A stretch of 64,000 nt of DNA. It comes from an uncultured Candidatus Saccharibacteria bacterium (GTDB taxonomy: Bacteria; Patescibacteriota; Minisyncoccia; Phycocordibacterales; UBA9973). A program made the position numbers and the translations under genes. The stretch covers positions 71,265-135,264 of the forward strand of contig CAZBZO010000001.1 of NCBI GenBank assembly GCA_964496425.1, read 5' to 3'. Shown piece after piece: positions 16,888-26,693 of this stretch. Numbering within the stretch: the stretch's first letter is position 1; each line of letters starts with the position of its first letter. Under the pieces are notes generated by a model. It searched no databases, was not told the DNA's origin, and worked only from the letters and a program-made list of their open reading frames with translations.

Positions 16888-19620
16888 TTAAAGCTTCCTA
16901 TATCGCGCCATAATCTCCTCCTCCACTTCCTCTCGAGGACGGCCAAATTTTAGATATGACAATTCTTTCACTTTACCAACCATTTCTTTGCTGCCTTCCG
17001 GCGCACGAAGGGTTTTGATGTTAAATGGCTTGGCTGGCACTCCGCCGACCAAGAGCTTTAAATAACAGTTGTAGTTTTCAAGTTTAATAATATCTTGCGG
17101 CGTGAAGACTGGTTCGAATTGTTTAGAAAAGACTTCGGCGTTTTCAGGTGAGACACGAAAGACCGCCATCGAGCCCACGTTGCCAAATACTGCATTTTTG
17201 ATGTTGTCTTCGAGCTGTTCGATGTATTGGTGCGCAATGTTTAAAGACAAGCGATACTTACGTGCTTCAGAAAGGATGGTCGCGATTGAGTCCGTGGTAA
17301 CGTTTTGGAACTCATCGATATAAAGATAAAAGTCATTGACTTCTTGCTTGCCTAAAATATCGACGCGAGAAAGTGCTGCCATAGAAATCTTGCCGACCAA
17401 GATAAGACCGATCAAATTGGCATTGATCTCGCCCAAGCGGCCTTTGGAAAGATTGACGAGGAGTATCTTTTTATTGTCCATGATCTCACGGAAGTTGAAA
17501 ACTGATTTTTGCTGGGAAATAACCGGGCGCATAATGTCGTTGGACACAAAGACATCGAACTTGTTAGTGATATAGGGCACGAAGTTAGCAAGACTTTGCT
17601 CCCCTGTCGTCTTCTCAGCGTTTTCCCAAAACTGTCGGATAATCGGATTTTTGCATTTAGAAAGTTTCATATCACGAAATTCTTTATCGGCAAGCACACG
17701 GCCGATCTCAAGCAAGGTACTGCCAGAGTCCGGATCTTCCATGACGAGAAGTGAGGAATTGCGGAAATACTGCTCAAAGGCTGGACCGCCAGCTACCTTC
17801 ATATCAAAGAGTTTGTTGAAAATTGCTAAAAGTTCGTTGACTACGAAGGTTTTTTGCTCTGGGTAGTTGATGTCGTATTCAAGCATGTTGAGTCCCATTG
17901 GACGTGCCATATGCGCTGGATCAAAATACACGACATCGTCGATACGCTCAGGAGGAATATTGGCCAAAATATCCTCGATATCGGAGCCGTGCGGATCGAT
18001 GAAGCAGACCCCGTCGCCGTTTTGGATATCTTGGACAATCATGTTTTTCAAAATGTTAGTTTTACCGGTACCCGTCTGACCAATCACATAAAAGTGTCGG
18101 ACGCGATCGTCTTTTTTCATATAGACATTTTTCATATTCCCGCGATAATCATTGATGCCAAGGAGCACTCCTTCTTGCGCCATTTCGATTGGTGCAGGCG
18201 CAGTGGCCGCGCGAGCTTGCTTGAGCTGAGGAGAAGATGAAATACCGTATGGGAAATGAAATATTGTTGAAAGTTCTTTCAGATTGAGCGGCATACTCTC
18301 CCCGTCAGAAAACATGCGATATGAAAAATCATGGAGCAACTCTTCGAGTTCACGACCTAGAGTTCGCTTGAAGATAAAACCATTGCGGTGCGCTTCGGTA
18401 AATTGATTAAAAGCAGATTCAATATCGGAGAGAATAAGTCGAGAACGCTCACGCGTGGCACCTGAAGCAACGATACGGATGTTCACTGCCATAATCGTAC
18501 TTTTGATTTTTTCGGTAATGTGTTCCACTGCTTGCTCGTCGACGATTTTCTCTTCGGTTTTTTTAGCCGCACCAAAAAGAAGCTCCTTGGTCGTCTTACC
18601 GATCTCTTTGTAGATTTTGCGAGAAATATTTCGCGCCGTACGCACTGAATCGCCCTTTTTTACATCTTCAAGCACGAGATGGAACTTTTTGATAATCGCA
18701 TCATCTTCCGGACAAATCACAAACTGAATCGCTGCACCTTCCCCCATGGTTTTGAGCTTCGTAAATACGTTTAAAATAATATTTAAGGGATCGTGGTCAA
18801 AGGCATCATAGAGTTTGATCGGAAAGACATCGTGCTCGGCGAGGGTGGCATACGAAGCAGCTGCAGCTGCAGATGTTTCATTGAAAATATTATAGTCGTT
18901 CGTCACTTCATTCAACTTCACATCGGGGTGTACGCCTTGAATTTGTTTTTCAAATAGATCAGCTTTATGCGACGGTACCCCAGCATAGAAAATAAATTCG
19001 TCACTGTTGTTGGAAAGTGCGATCTCGAGCGTGAAGTGGTTGCGGTTTGGATTTTCTCGACCGAGACCGACCGAATGCATACCGGCATAAAACTGCTCCA
19101 TGGCTGTGAGAAGCTCTTTAAGACCTTTCTTATTATTCTCATCGGGCTCAGGCAGACTAATTTCAAAAAGTTTCATGTCGAGGGACCGGAAGAGCTGAGT
19201 GGATTCTTTGAGGCCAGGTATAGCATGTGTCGATTGAAGATATTGAACCAGAAAGCGATGAAAATCGTCATCCAAATGAGGGCTCTTCAAATGAGCCACG
19301 ACTGAGAGAGCATTCTTAATACCCTTATCGAGCAAAATCGCTAAGAGTTCCTCCATTTTTCGATCGTGCTCTTCAGGAGAAAGCCGCAGGACAAGTTCGT
19401 CTTTTTCTACTTCAGATATGATGCGCTTCGCTGGCAAGACCTTTTCCGCCTCCAGGGTCTTGTAGGACTTGATGATTTCATGCGTCGCACGATCGCGTCC
19501 CCCTTCTTGCCCAGCTTCTGCAAGCGCTGCTTCGCGAGTAGCGATTTCAGCACGTAAAAAAGCAATCTCCTCTTCTGGCGAGTAGAACTTCGGCAACGAG
19601 TTAGTATTTTTTCCTTCCAT
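16888..19620 (-). CDS. VirD4/TrwB/TraD-like (FtsK-HerA superfamily) ATPase
   Basis: RHFYVIGQTGTGKT, FIDPHGS, LYIDEFQN, ILSEARKYRL..AHQY. Confidence 0.85.
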   Translation of the reverse strand: MEGKNTNSLPKFYSPEEEIAFLRAEIATREAALAEAGQEGGRDRATHEIIKSYKTLEAEKVLPAKRIISEVEKDELVLRLSPEEHDRKMEELLAILLDKGIKNALSVVAHLKSPHLDDDFHRFLVQYLQSTHAIPGLKESTQLFRSLDMKLFEISLPEPDENNKKGLKELLTAMEQFYAGMHSVGLGRENPNRNHFTLEIALSNNSDEFIFYAGVPSHKADLFEKQIQGVHPDVKLNEVTNDYNIFNETSAAAAASYATLAEHDVFPIKLYDAFDHDPLNIILNVFTKLKTMGEGAAIQFVICPEDDAIIKKFHLVLEDVKKGDSVRTARNISRKIYKEIGKTTKELLFGAAKKTEEKIVDEQAVEHITEKIKSTIMAVNIRIVASGATRERSRLILSDIESAFNQFTEAHRNGFIFKRTLGRELEELLHDFSYRMFSDGESMPLNLKELSTIFHFPYGISSSPQLKQARAATAPAPIEMAQEGVLLGINDYRGNMKNVYMKKDDRVRHFYVIGQTGTGKTNILKNMIVQDIQNGDGVCFIDPHGSDIEDILANIPPERIDDVVYFDPAHMARPMGLNMLEYDINYPEQKTFVVNELLAIFNKLFDMKVAGGPAFEQYFRNSSLLVMEDPDSGSTLLEIGRVLADKEFRDMKLSKCKNPIIRQFWENAEKTTGEQSLANFVPYITNKFDVFVSNDIMRPVISQQKSVFNFREIMDNKKILLVNLSKGRLGEINANLIGLILVGKISMAALSRVDILGKQEVNDFYLYIDEFQNVTTDSIATILSEARKYRLSLNIAHQYIEQLEDNIKNAVFGNVGSMAVFRVSPENAEVFSKQFEPVFTPQDIIKLENYNCYLKLLVGGVPAKPFNIKTLRAPEGSKEMVGKVKELSYLKFGRPREEVEEEIMARYRKL

Positions 19621-19672
19621 TGCTAATCATTATAGCGGTTATTGTAGTGGAAGTATAGAATTGTACAGATTA

Positions 19673-20446
19673 TTATATGAAATCTGTGAGCACTTCAGCC
19701 TCGTTGTTAGTAATGAGCACCGTGTGTTCAAAATGAGCACTTTTTTTGCCATCTCCAGTACGTATGGTATATCCGTCGGTATCAAAAATAACGCTCGAAC
19801 TCCCTTGGTTGAGCATTGGCTCAATCGCTATTACCATGCCAGGCACCAGGAGCTCACCTTTCCCCTTTTTCCCAAAATTTGGCACATACGGATCTTCATG
19901 AATCGCTCGCCCGACACCATGTCCAGCAAGCTCGCGGACGATGCCGTATTTTTTTGGCTTCACATACGCTTCTATGGCCGCGCCAATGTCTCCCACTCGC
20001 GCGCCTCCCCGAGCTTCAGCAATACCGATAGCGAGCGCTTCTTTGGTACTTTGTAATAGTTTCTGGTCGGCCTTGCTGATTTTCCCTACAGGAACCGTAA
20101 TAGCATGATCGGTAAAAAGATTTTTATATTTAAGGCCAAGATCAAGAGAGACAACATCTCCTGCTTTGAGTATTTTTCCTTTCTTTGGTATACCGTGTAC
20201 GATTTCATTGTTCACCGACACACACAATGCCGCCGGATACGGCATCTTATGCCCGACGGGCTTGTATCCCAAAAACGCTGCCACCCCGCCAGTTTTTTGT
20301 ATGAGCTCACGGGCATACAGATCAAGTTCTTGAGTTCCTATTCCTGGCGCAACTTTCTTTGCAACATCCGCAAGTATGCGGCCGAGAATACGTCCACCCT
20401 CGCGAAGGATTTCTATTTCTTCTTTTGTTTTGATGATTACGGACAT
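19673..20446 (-). CDS. map: Methionine aminopeptidase type I
   Basis: CVSVNNEIVHGIP, GHGVG, AIEPM, SAHFEHT. Confidence 0.97.
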   Translation of the reverse strand: MSVIIKTKEEIEILREGGRILGRILADVAKKVAPGIGTQELDLYARELIQKTGGVAAFLGYKPVGHKMPYPAALCVSVNNEIVHGIPKKGKILKAGDVVSLDLGLKYKNLFTDHAITVPVGKISKADQKLLQSTKEALAIGIAEARGGARVGDIGAAIEAYVKPKKYGIVRELAGHGVGRAIHEDPYVPNFGKKGKGELLVPGMVIAIEPMLNQGSSSVIFDTDGYTIRTGDGKKSAHFEHTVLITNNEAEVLTDFI

Positions 20447-20484
20447 AAAAAATCTATCTTGATATTTAAAGAATCCCGTAGATC

Positions 20485-21171
20485 CTAAGAAATAACCGTA
20501 CCGATGAACGACTTGCCATCAAGATAATCTTTAAGATTTGAAAGATTTTTACCATTCATAATAGCAACTTCGAGCCCGTTTTCTTCAGCATATTTTGAAG
20601 CAATCGGATCAAAGGGCGCATTCGCACCAGGAAACCATTCGGTAGGAATATAACTACGGTATTCAGACCAACTTACGGTTTCAAGTTTTTTAGCATCAGG
20701 AAACTTTTTAGGATCTTTATCGTAAGCGTGGTCAATATTAGAAAGGTTGATCACTCGCATAGCACCTAAATTTGTTGCCATTAAAACTGCATCATAATCA
20801 GTACTGGCCCCCGGCTTCGGTGCGCCAATAACAATTATCGGCTTATCGAAAGAAAGAATAGTTGTCGGATCATTTATAACTTCAGGGTGGGCAAGCGATT
20901 CAAACATATTCTTCACCAGCATTGCATTAAGACGTAGTGCGGCAATACCAACCCAATCCAGCGCATCTCTTTCTGCTTGAATAATTTCTGAAAGTGCATT
21001 CTGATATTTACGACACACCTTGCCGCCGCCAGTGATAATAGCAAAAGAAAAACCTTTTGCTACATAGTCTTCAATGAGATTTTTGAATCCTTTCAAAAAT
21101 TCTGTATCAACTTCGTCTGGCACAATCAGTGATCCGCCAAGCGATATAACAATGTAATTTTTGTTTTCCAT
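20485..21171 (-). CDS. pyrH: UMP kinase (archaeal-type)
   Basis: ISLGGS, ITGGG..RKYQ, PGASTDYDA, NAPFDPIAS. Confidence 0.9.
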   Translation of the reverse strand: MENKNYIVISLGGSLIVPDEVDTEFLKGFKNLIEDYVAKGFSFAIITGGGKVCRKYQNALSEIIQAERDALDWVGIAALRLNAMLVKNMFESLAHPEVINDPTTILSFDKPIIVIGAPKPGASTDYDAVLMATNLGAMRVINLSNIDHAYDKDPKKFPDAKKLETVSWSEYRSYIPTEWFPGANAPFDPIASKYAEENGLEVAIMNGKNLSNLKDYLDGKSFIGTVIS

Positions 21172-21761
21172 TAGAGTCCGAGTGCTTTCTTAATATCCTC
21201 ATGCACTTTTTCAATCGTTTGCTCGCCGTTGATTTTGTACACGGTATACCCTTCTTTATCATTAAAATAATTCATAGCTGGTACCACATTGTTTACGTAT
21301 TCATCAAACCGTCGAGCTATACCTTCGGGCGTATCGTCTACTCGGCCGCGAAGTTGCATGCGCTTTGCTGCCTCTTCTTTGGAAAGTTCAATGTAGATGA
21401 TTTTAATATCAGAACGTTTATAAAACTCTACAGCTGTTTCAAATGCTTTGGATTGTTCAATCGTACGCGGATACCCATCAGCAATTAAATGTTTTTCAGG
21501 AGTCAGCGAATTCACCAAAATATTAGTAAATAAGCTAATGGTAATAAAATTAGGCTGAAGATGCCCGAGATCAAAAGTCTCTTTGACGAGTTTGCCGGTA
21601 TATGTGTCACCCTGCGTGAGCTTTAAAAACTCACCGCCTGGATACGCGTAGACTACTTCACGAGCAGGATCAGTAGCCTTCAGCACTTCCTGGAGGAGCT
21701 TCACTTGAGTGCCCTTACCAGAGCCGACAATCCCAAAAAATACAAATGTGTATGGTTGCAT
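21171..21761 (-). CDS. adk: Adenylate kinase (short, LID-less)
   Basis: GIVGSGKGTQ, DGYPRT, GRVDD; directly after secY. Confidence 0.9.
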   Translation of the reverse strand: MQPYTFVFFGIVGSGKGTQVKLLQEVLKATDPAREVVYAYPGGEFLKLTQGDTYTGKLVKETFDLGHLQPNFITISLFTNILVNSLTPEKHLIADGYPRTIEQSKAFETAVEFYKRSDIKIIYIELSKEEAAKRMQLRGRVDDTPEGIARRFDEYVNNVVPAMNYFNDKEGYTVYKINGEQTIEKVHEDIKKALGL

Positions 21762-21802
21762 ATAGTGAGTATAACAAAAAACGAGTCCCCGCGGGACTCG
21801 TT

Positions 21803-23074
21803 TTAATATTCCCGCATCGAGATCTGTGCGTCGATTTTTTTGATGAGATCAAGCACTACAGAGACCACGATGAGAAGCGTAGTACCTCCAAGGGCGATCG
21901 CGGTAATACCGGTCAGTGCCCGCATGACAAGTGGCAAGATGGCGATAATACCAAGGAAGAGTCCACCGACAAATGTGATTCGTCCGACGATTTTCCCTAA
22001 ATATTCCTCAGTCGATTGACCAGGGCGTGTGCCAGGAATAAAGGCGCCGTTTTTCTGCAAATTCGTTGCCATCTGATGAGGATCAAATGTCACAGCGGTG
22101 TAGAAGTATGTGAAGAGGAACACCAACACAAAGTAACAGACCGCGTAGAGCCAGGTGCTTTGTGAAAATGCAATCAGTTTTCCAGATAGCGCCAAAAGTG
22201 CAGTGTTACTTGATGTGGCAAGAAAATTGCCGATCAATTGTGGAAACAAAAGAATAGAAAGTGCAAAGATGATCGGGATCACTCCAGCTTGATTGATACG
22301 AAGTGGGATGTATGTGCTCGTACCGCCCGTCGTGCGAAGTCCTCGCACTTGTTTGGCATACGTGACTGGTATCGGGCGCTCTGCTTCAGTGACTACCACC
22401 ACTCCTGCCACCAAAAGAAGTCCTGAAGCAAGAAGTACGAGATAGAGTGGCAATTGGCTGCTGTCGAAGGTAAAGAGGAGCTGACTAACATGAGTCGGAA
22501 GAGCTGCCACGATACCAGCAAAGATGATGATCGATACACCGTTTCCCACACCATATTCGCTAATGAGCTCACCGATCCACATCAGAAGCATCGAGCCTGC
22601 CACAATGATTGCGATATTGATGATGCGATCGAATGTATTTAAATGTGCAATAATGCCTTGATTTTCAAGCACAGCCGGCAACACCATACCTTGCACTATT
22701 GCAAGCGGTACTGTGATAATTCGTGAGTATTGGGTAAATTTTCGGCGTCCAGCTTCCCCTTCTTCTTGGTAGAGTGCCTTCAAACGAGGAACCATAATGG
22801 TGAGAAGCTGCATGATGATCGAACCAGTAATGTATGGACCGACACCGAGCATGATGATCGAGAGAGTAGAAAGTCCACCGCCAGAAAAAATATTGAGCAC
22901 ACTGAAAAATTGGCTTTGTGCCAAAAATTGCTGGAGTTTCAAGGCATCAATACCTGGGATCGGGATCGCTGCCAATAACCGGAAAACAATCAGCGCGCCG
23001 AGTACGAACAAAATACGGTTACGGAGATTACGGTCTTTGAAGGCTATTTTTACTTTTTGAAAAAATGTATCCAT
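21803..23074 (-). CDS. secY: Preprotein translocase SecY
   Basis: LGVGPYITGSIIMQLL, GVGNGVSIIIFAGI, AGVIPIIFA, FIPGTRPG. Confidence 0.98.
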   Translation of the reverse strand: MDTFFQKVKIAFKDRNLRNRILFVLGALIVFRLLAAIPIPGIDALKLQQFLAQSQFFSVLNIFSGGGLSTLSIIMLGVGPYITGSIIMQLLTIMVPRLKALYQEEGEAGRRKFTQYSRIITVPLAIVQGMVLPAVLENQGIIAHLNTFDRIINIAIIVAGSMLLMWIGELISEYGVGNGVSIIIFAGIVAALPTHVSQLLFTFDSSQLPLYLVLLASGLLLVAGVVVVTEAERPIPVTYAKQVRGLRTTGGTSTYIPLRINQAGVIPIIFALSILLFPQLIGNFLATSSNTALLALSGKLIAFSQSTWLYAVCYFVLVFLFTYFYTAVTFDPHQMATNLQKNGAFIPGTRPGQSTEEYLGKIVGRITFVGGLFLGIIAILPLVMRALTGITAIALGGTTLLIVVSVVLDLIKKIDAQISMREY

Positions 23075-23131
23075 TGTATTTTAAACTCAAGACTCAAACA
23101 ATAGACATGGTGCAAACTCTACACCGAGAAA

Positions 23132-23596
23132 TTATTTGGCTTTTTTAATCTGAGGTTTAGAATTTATTTCGATGCTTCCCCCAGCTCCTTCGATCGCAGT
23201 TCGCGCAGAAGCAGACACAGCACAATGCGAAATCATAAGTTTCTTGGAAAGTGTCCCGGTACCCAATATTTTTATCTGTGGAATATTGCGCCCTGGAGAC
23301 TTAATGATGCCTCGCTCCAAAAGAATTTTTGGTGTCACTGTGTCGCCGACAGTAAATGCACTCTCAAGTAAAGCAAGCTTCACTATGACAGGTTTGACGG
23401 AGACAGAGTTGAATTTGTATCCACGCTTCTTCGGAAGCTTCTTAATGATATCACGAAGTTCAGGACGTTTCTTGCGACCAGAACGAGCGTTCTGACCTTT
23501 GGTACCTCGGCCGGAAGTTTTTCCACGTGCACCGCCACGGCCAACTTGTCTGGCCTTCTTATTTTTTGTTTTTCTTTTTAGTTCGTGAAGTTGCAT
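23132..23596 (-). CDS. rplO: 50S ribosomal protein L15
   Basis: VGRGGARGKTSGRGTKGQNARSG. Confidence 0.96.
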   Translation of the reverse strand: MQLHELKRKTKNKKARQVGRGGARGKTSGRGTKGQNARSGRKKRPELRDIIKKLPKKRGYKFNSVSVKPVIVKLALLESAFTVGDTVTPKILLERGIIKSPGRNIPQIKILGTGTLSKKLMISHCAVSASARTAIEGAGGSIEINSKPQIKKAK

Positions 23597-23609
23597 ATAT
23601 TTTTACTTA

Positions 23610-24290
23610 TTATTTATCTTCAGGGATCACAAATGCTTCAACTTTTGGAGCTTCTGCAAGCATAGATTTTTTTGGTGCAGCAAGCGTCGCAAGTGCCTTG
23701 AGTACCGCGCGGCCAATATTGAGCTTGTTCTTGCTTCCTGTGAGCACTTTGGCTGAAATATCATGCACACCTGCCAAGACCAGCAAGTCGCGGATCGCAC
23801 TCCCTGCTACCATTCCGCGGCCATGGTTTGGAAAGAGCATTACTTCAGAACTTGAATATTTCGCGCGTACATCGTGCGGTAGAGAAAGGGTTTTTGTAAG
23901 CTTCAACTTAAGCATATTTCGCTTAGCATCCTTAAGTGCCTTGGCAATAGCGAGAGACGTATCAGTCGCCTTTCCAGTACCGAGTCCGACTGATCCTTTT
24001 TTGTCTCCGATAGCCATAGCGACACTGAAGCTCATACGACGTCCACCTGCCACCACACGGGTTACACGACGAATCGCAAGAATCTTCTGATCGAACTCCG
24101 GCTTTGGACGTTCGAAGCCACCACGGCCCCCTGGTCGGCTACCAGGACGATGACCGCCACGAGGACCCCCCGCTGCTTTTCGAAACGGACCTCGATCATC
24201 GCGAGGAGCTGCAGTTTTAGCTTCAGCTACCGGGACAACAGGTACTTCATTTTGAGTTTCGTCAGTATTTACTTTTGTATTTTCATCCAT
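23610..24290 (-). CDS. rpsE: 30S ribosomal protein S5 with a long N-terminal extension
   Basis: IRRVTRVVAGGRRMSF. Confidence 0.96.
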   Translation of the reverse strand: MDENTKVNTDETQNEVPVVPVAEAKTAAPRDDRGPFRKAAGGPRGGHRPGSRPGGRGGFERPKPEFDQKILAIRRVTRVVAGGRRMSFSVAMAIGDKKGSVGLGTGKATDTSLAIAKALKDAKRNMLKLKLTKTLSLPHDVRAKYSSSEVMLFPNHGRGMVAGSAIRDLLVLAGVHDISAKVLTGSKNKLNIGRAVLKALATLAAPKKSMLAEAPKVEAFVIPEDK

Positions 24291-24317
24291 ATGTTTTATA
24301 AAATATTACATCTAGGC

Positions 24318-24668
24318 TTAGAACTTAAGTCCGCCGTTTCTTGCTGCATCTGCCAAAAGCTTTACGCGGCCAGTATATTTAAAACCATTTCGGTCAAAAA
24401 CCACAGCTGTAATCTTCTTGTCTTTTGCCATGGTGGCGATTTCTGCCCCAACTTTTTGCGCACGCTCAGTCTTCGTGCCGCTCTTCATAGCAAGATCTGA
24501 TGCACCGGCAATCGTTGTATTCTTTTCGTCGTCAATAAGCTGCGCGTAGATGAAACGGTTGGAACGAAACACAGACAAGCGAGGGAGTACACTCGTACCG
24601 TGTACTTTCATGCGAATCTTTCGCTTGATACGTATGCGCTTTTCAGTTTTAATATTTTTGGTGTTCAT
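24318..24668 (-). CDS. rplR: 50S ribosomal protein L18
   Basis: PRLSVFRSNRFIYAQLIDD, VVFDRNGFKYTGRV. Confidence 0.96.
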   Translation of the reverse strand: MNTKNIKTEKRIRIKRKIRMKVHGTSVLPRLSVFRSNRFIYAQLIDDEKNTTIAGASDLAMKSGTKTERAQKVGAEIATMAKDKKITAVVFDRNGFKYTGRVKLLADAARNGGLKF

Positions 24669-24697
24669 TTTCTTTTTACTACTCACTATCTCCTCTA

Positions 24698-25231
24698 CTA
24701 TGCTGTCTTCTTACCCTGCTTGCGTCGTACGACTTCAGTATCATAATGAAATCCTTTTCCTTTATATGGCTCAGGTTTCTTTAAAGAACGGATCTGTGAA
24801 GCAAATTGTCCCACGACTTCCTTGTCGATACCAGAGATAGTAATCGTATTCTTTTCAGCGGTAACCGTAAGACCTTCTGGGATTGGTACTGAAACAGGAT
24901 GTGAGAAGCCAAGCGCGAGATCAAGATTTTTACCCTTCACTTCAGATTTGAATCCCACACCTTCAAGGATGAGCTTTTTTTCATACGGGGTCGTAACGCC
25001 GCGGAGCATGTTTCTTACATGAGATGCATAGGTACCCCAGAGCGCCAGAGAGAAGATATCTTCCTTTTTTGGAGAGAGTACGATAGCACCGTCAGCAATC
25101 GTAAGCGTGATCTCATCACGAAATACTTTTTGCAAGCTGCCCTTCGGACCCTTCACAGAAAAGATACCTCCAGCAAATGTGGCTTCTGTTTTTTCTGGAA
25201 TTGGAATTGGTTGTTTTGCGATTCGTGACAT
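24698..25231 (-). CDS. rplF: 50S ribosomal protein L6
   Basis: MSRIAKQPI, LGFSHP, PEPYKGKG. Confidence 0.97.
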   Translation of the reverse strand: MSRIAKQPIPIPEKTEATFAGGIFSVKGPKGSLQKVFRDEITLTIADGAIVLSPKKEDIFSLALWGTYASHVRNMLRGVTTPYEKKLILEGVGFKSEVKGKNLDLALGFSHPVSVPIPEGLTVTAEKNTITISGIDKEVVGQFASQIRSLKKPEPYKGKGFHYDTEVVRRKQGKKTA

Positions 25232-25238
25232 AAATAAT

Positions 25239-25625
25239 TTACCAGATTGAGAATAATGCTTCCCCACCGACAAGCTCCTTTTTTGCCTCTCGATCAGAAA
25301 GAATACCTTTTGGGGTCGAAAGAAAGAGCGTACCGTAACCATTTTTAACTGATACCAAATCTTTTACGCCCATATAAATCCGACGAGATGGCTTGGAAAT
25401 ACGCTTCACGTCGGTAATACGAGGCATTTTGTCTTTGTACACAAGCGTCACTTCAAGCACTGGGAATCCTTTCTTGGTCTTTTTAGCGATACCATCAATG
25501 TAGCCTGTCTGTTTTAAACATTCAGCAATTGCGTGCTTGATTTTTGAATACTTAAAAGAAACAGCTTCGTGATTTGCACGATTAGCGTTCTTCATCATTA
25601 TGAGCATGTCAGATATTGGATCCAT
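25239..25625 (-). CDS. rpsH: 30S ribosomal protein S8
   Basis: DPISDML, RISKPSRRIY, STPKG. Confidence 0.97.
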   Translation of the reverse strand: MDPISDMLIMMKNANRANHEAVSFKYSKIKHAIAECLKQTGYIDGIAKKTKKGFPVLEVTLVYKDKMPRITDVKRISKPSRRIYMGVKDLVSVKNGYGTLFLSTPKGILSDREAKKELVGGEALFSIW

Positions 25626-25649
25626 ATTGTTTAGAAAAAATTGTGAATA

Positions 25650-25835
25650 TTACCAGCTTGATTTACGAACACCTGGGATCATGCCTTCATTGGCAAGTTC
25701 TCGGAAACAAATACGACAAATACCGAAATCGCGCATATACCCTCGTCCACGACCGCAGCGGAAACAACGATTTTTAGCCCGAGAGCTAAACTTCGGTTTC
25801 TTCTGGGAACGCTCGTATGTTGATATTTTGGACAT
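25650..25835 (-). CDS. rpsN: 30S ribosomal protein S14, zinc-binding type
   Basis: [17 protein letters not shown], 61 aa. Confidence 0.96.
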   Translation of the reverse strand: MSKISTYERSQKKPKFSSRAKNRCFRCGRGRGYMRDFGICRICFRELANEGMIPGVRKSSW

Positions 25836-25869
25836 GAATAATATGGTGGTAAGTAAAAAGTGATACGGG

Positions 25870-26046
25870 AACAGGGATCTCCCTATTCGCTTCTGGCTAT
25901 TTCCTTTTCCCTGTCTCTCCCAATATCTCGTGTATTTTCTCTAGGTCTGGGCAAGCCCGAAACTAGAGGAGACACACGGATTGGAAGAAAAAATATAGCC
26001 CAGATCGGGCTAGGCATATACTAGCAAAAGCTATCCTGGATGTCAA
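25870..26046 (-). promoter_or_regulatory. Internal promoter and long structured 5' leader of rpsN-rpsH-...-secY
   Basis: TTGACA-17-TAGTAT, then nested helices GGCTAT/ATAGCC, TTCCAAT/ATTGGGA, CGTGT/ACACG, CTCTAG/CTAGAG. Confidence 0.65.
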
Positions 26047-26634
26047 TTATTGTTGCTTTTGCCACTTCTGATAGCCATCAATGACGATGCGAGCTACAGA
26101 TTCTGGCGGATTGGCACCTGTATCAACAATCAAGTCAAAATGCTGAGGATCACGGTAATTGTCGATACTATAATATTTTTTATAACGTTCTTGTTCGCTT
26201 TTTGCTCGTACTTCCAAGCCTTCCTTTACCTCTTCAATAGTTTGAGGCACATGGAGAGCATCAGTCCCTCTGTTTATTTTATTGTCTTGCCAGTCAGTAA
26301 ATACTCGGCGTGATGCAATATCGGGATCAAGGGATAGAAAAACCTTAAACGAGTCCGGCGCTAAAAACCACCCAAGCCTCGAATCGATCACCCAGCGATC
26401 ATTTGTATCCATAAATTTTTTCTGAGTTTCGTCGATTGCTCGATCTACGTTCGCGTCCGTTTCACCGAGAGTACTCAATTCAAGTAGACTTATGTTACGC
26501 TCTTTCGCCATAGCACGCATAAAATCACCGCCTGAATAATGTGTAAAGCCAAGCTTTTCGGCCACGAGTTTGGCGGTCGTGCTTTTACCGCTTCCCAAAA
26601 CTCCCGCGATAGTGATTTTATTTCGTTCCTGCAT
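26047..26634 (-). CDS. cmk: Cytidylate kinase, archaeal/AAA-type, inserted in the spc operon
   Basis: ITIAGVLGSGKSTTAK, GDFMRAMAKE, DSRLGW, EQERYKKYY. Confidence 0.85.
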   Translation of the reverse strand: MQERNKITIAGVLGSGKSTTAKLVAEKLGFTHYSGGDFMRAMAKERNISLLELSTLGETDANVDRAIDETQKKFMDTNDRWVIDSRLGWFLAPDSFKVFLSLDPDIASRRVFTDWQDNKINRGTDALHVPQTIEEVKEGLEVRAKSEQERYKKYYSIDNYRDPQHFDLIVDTGANPPESVARIVIDGYQKWQKQQ

Positions 26635-26693
26635 ATTTTTATTGTATACCAAACAAACAAAAAACGCCCGAAGGCGATTTTGTTATTTGAAAA

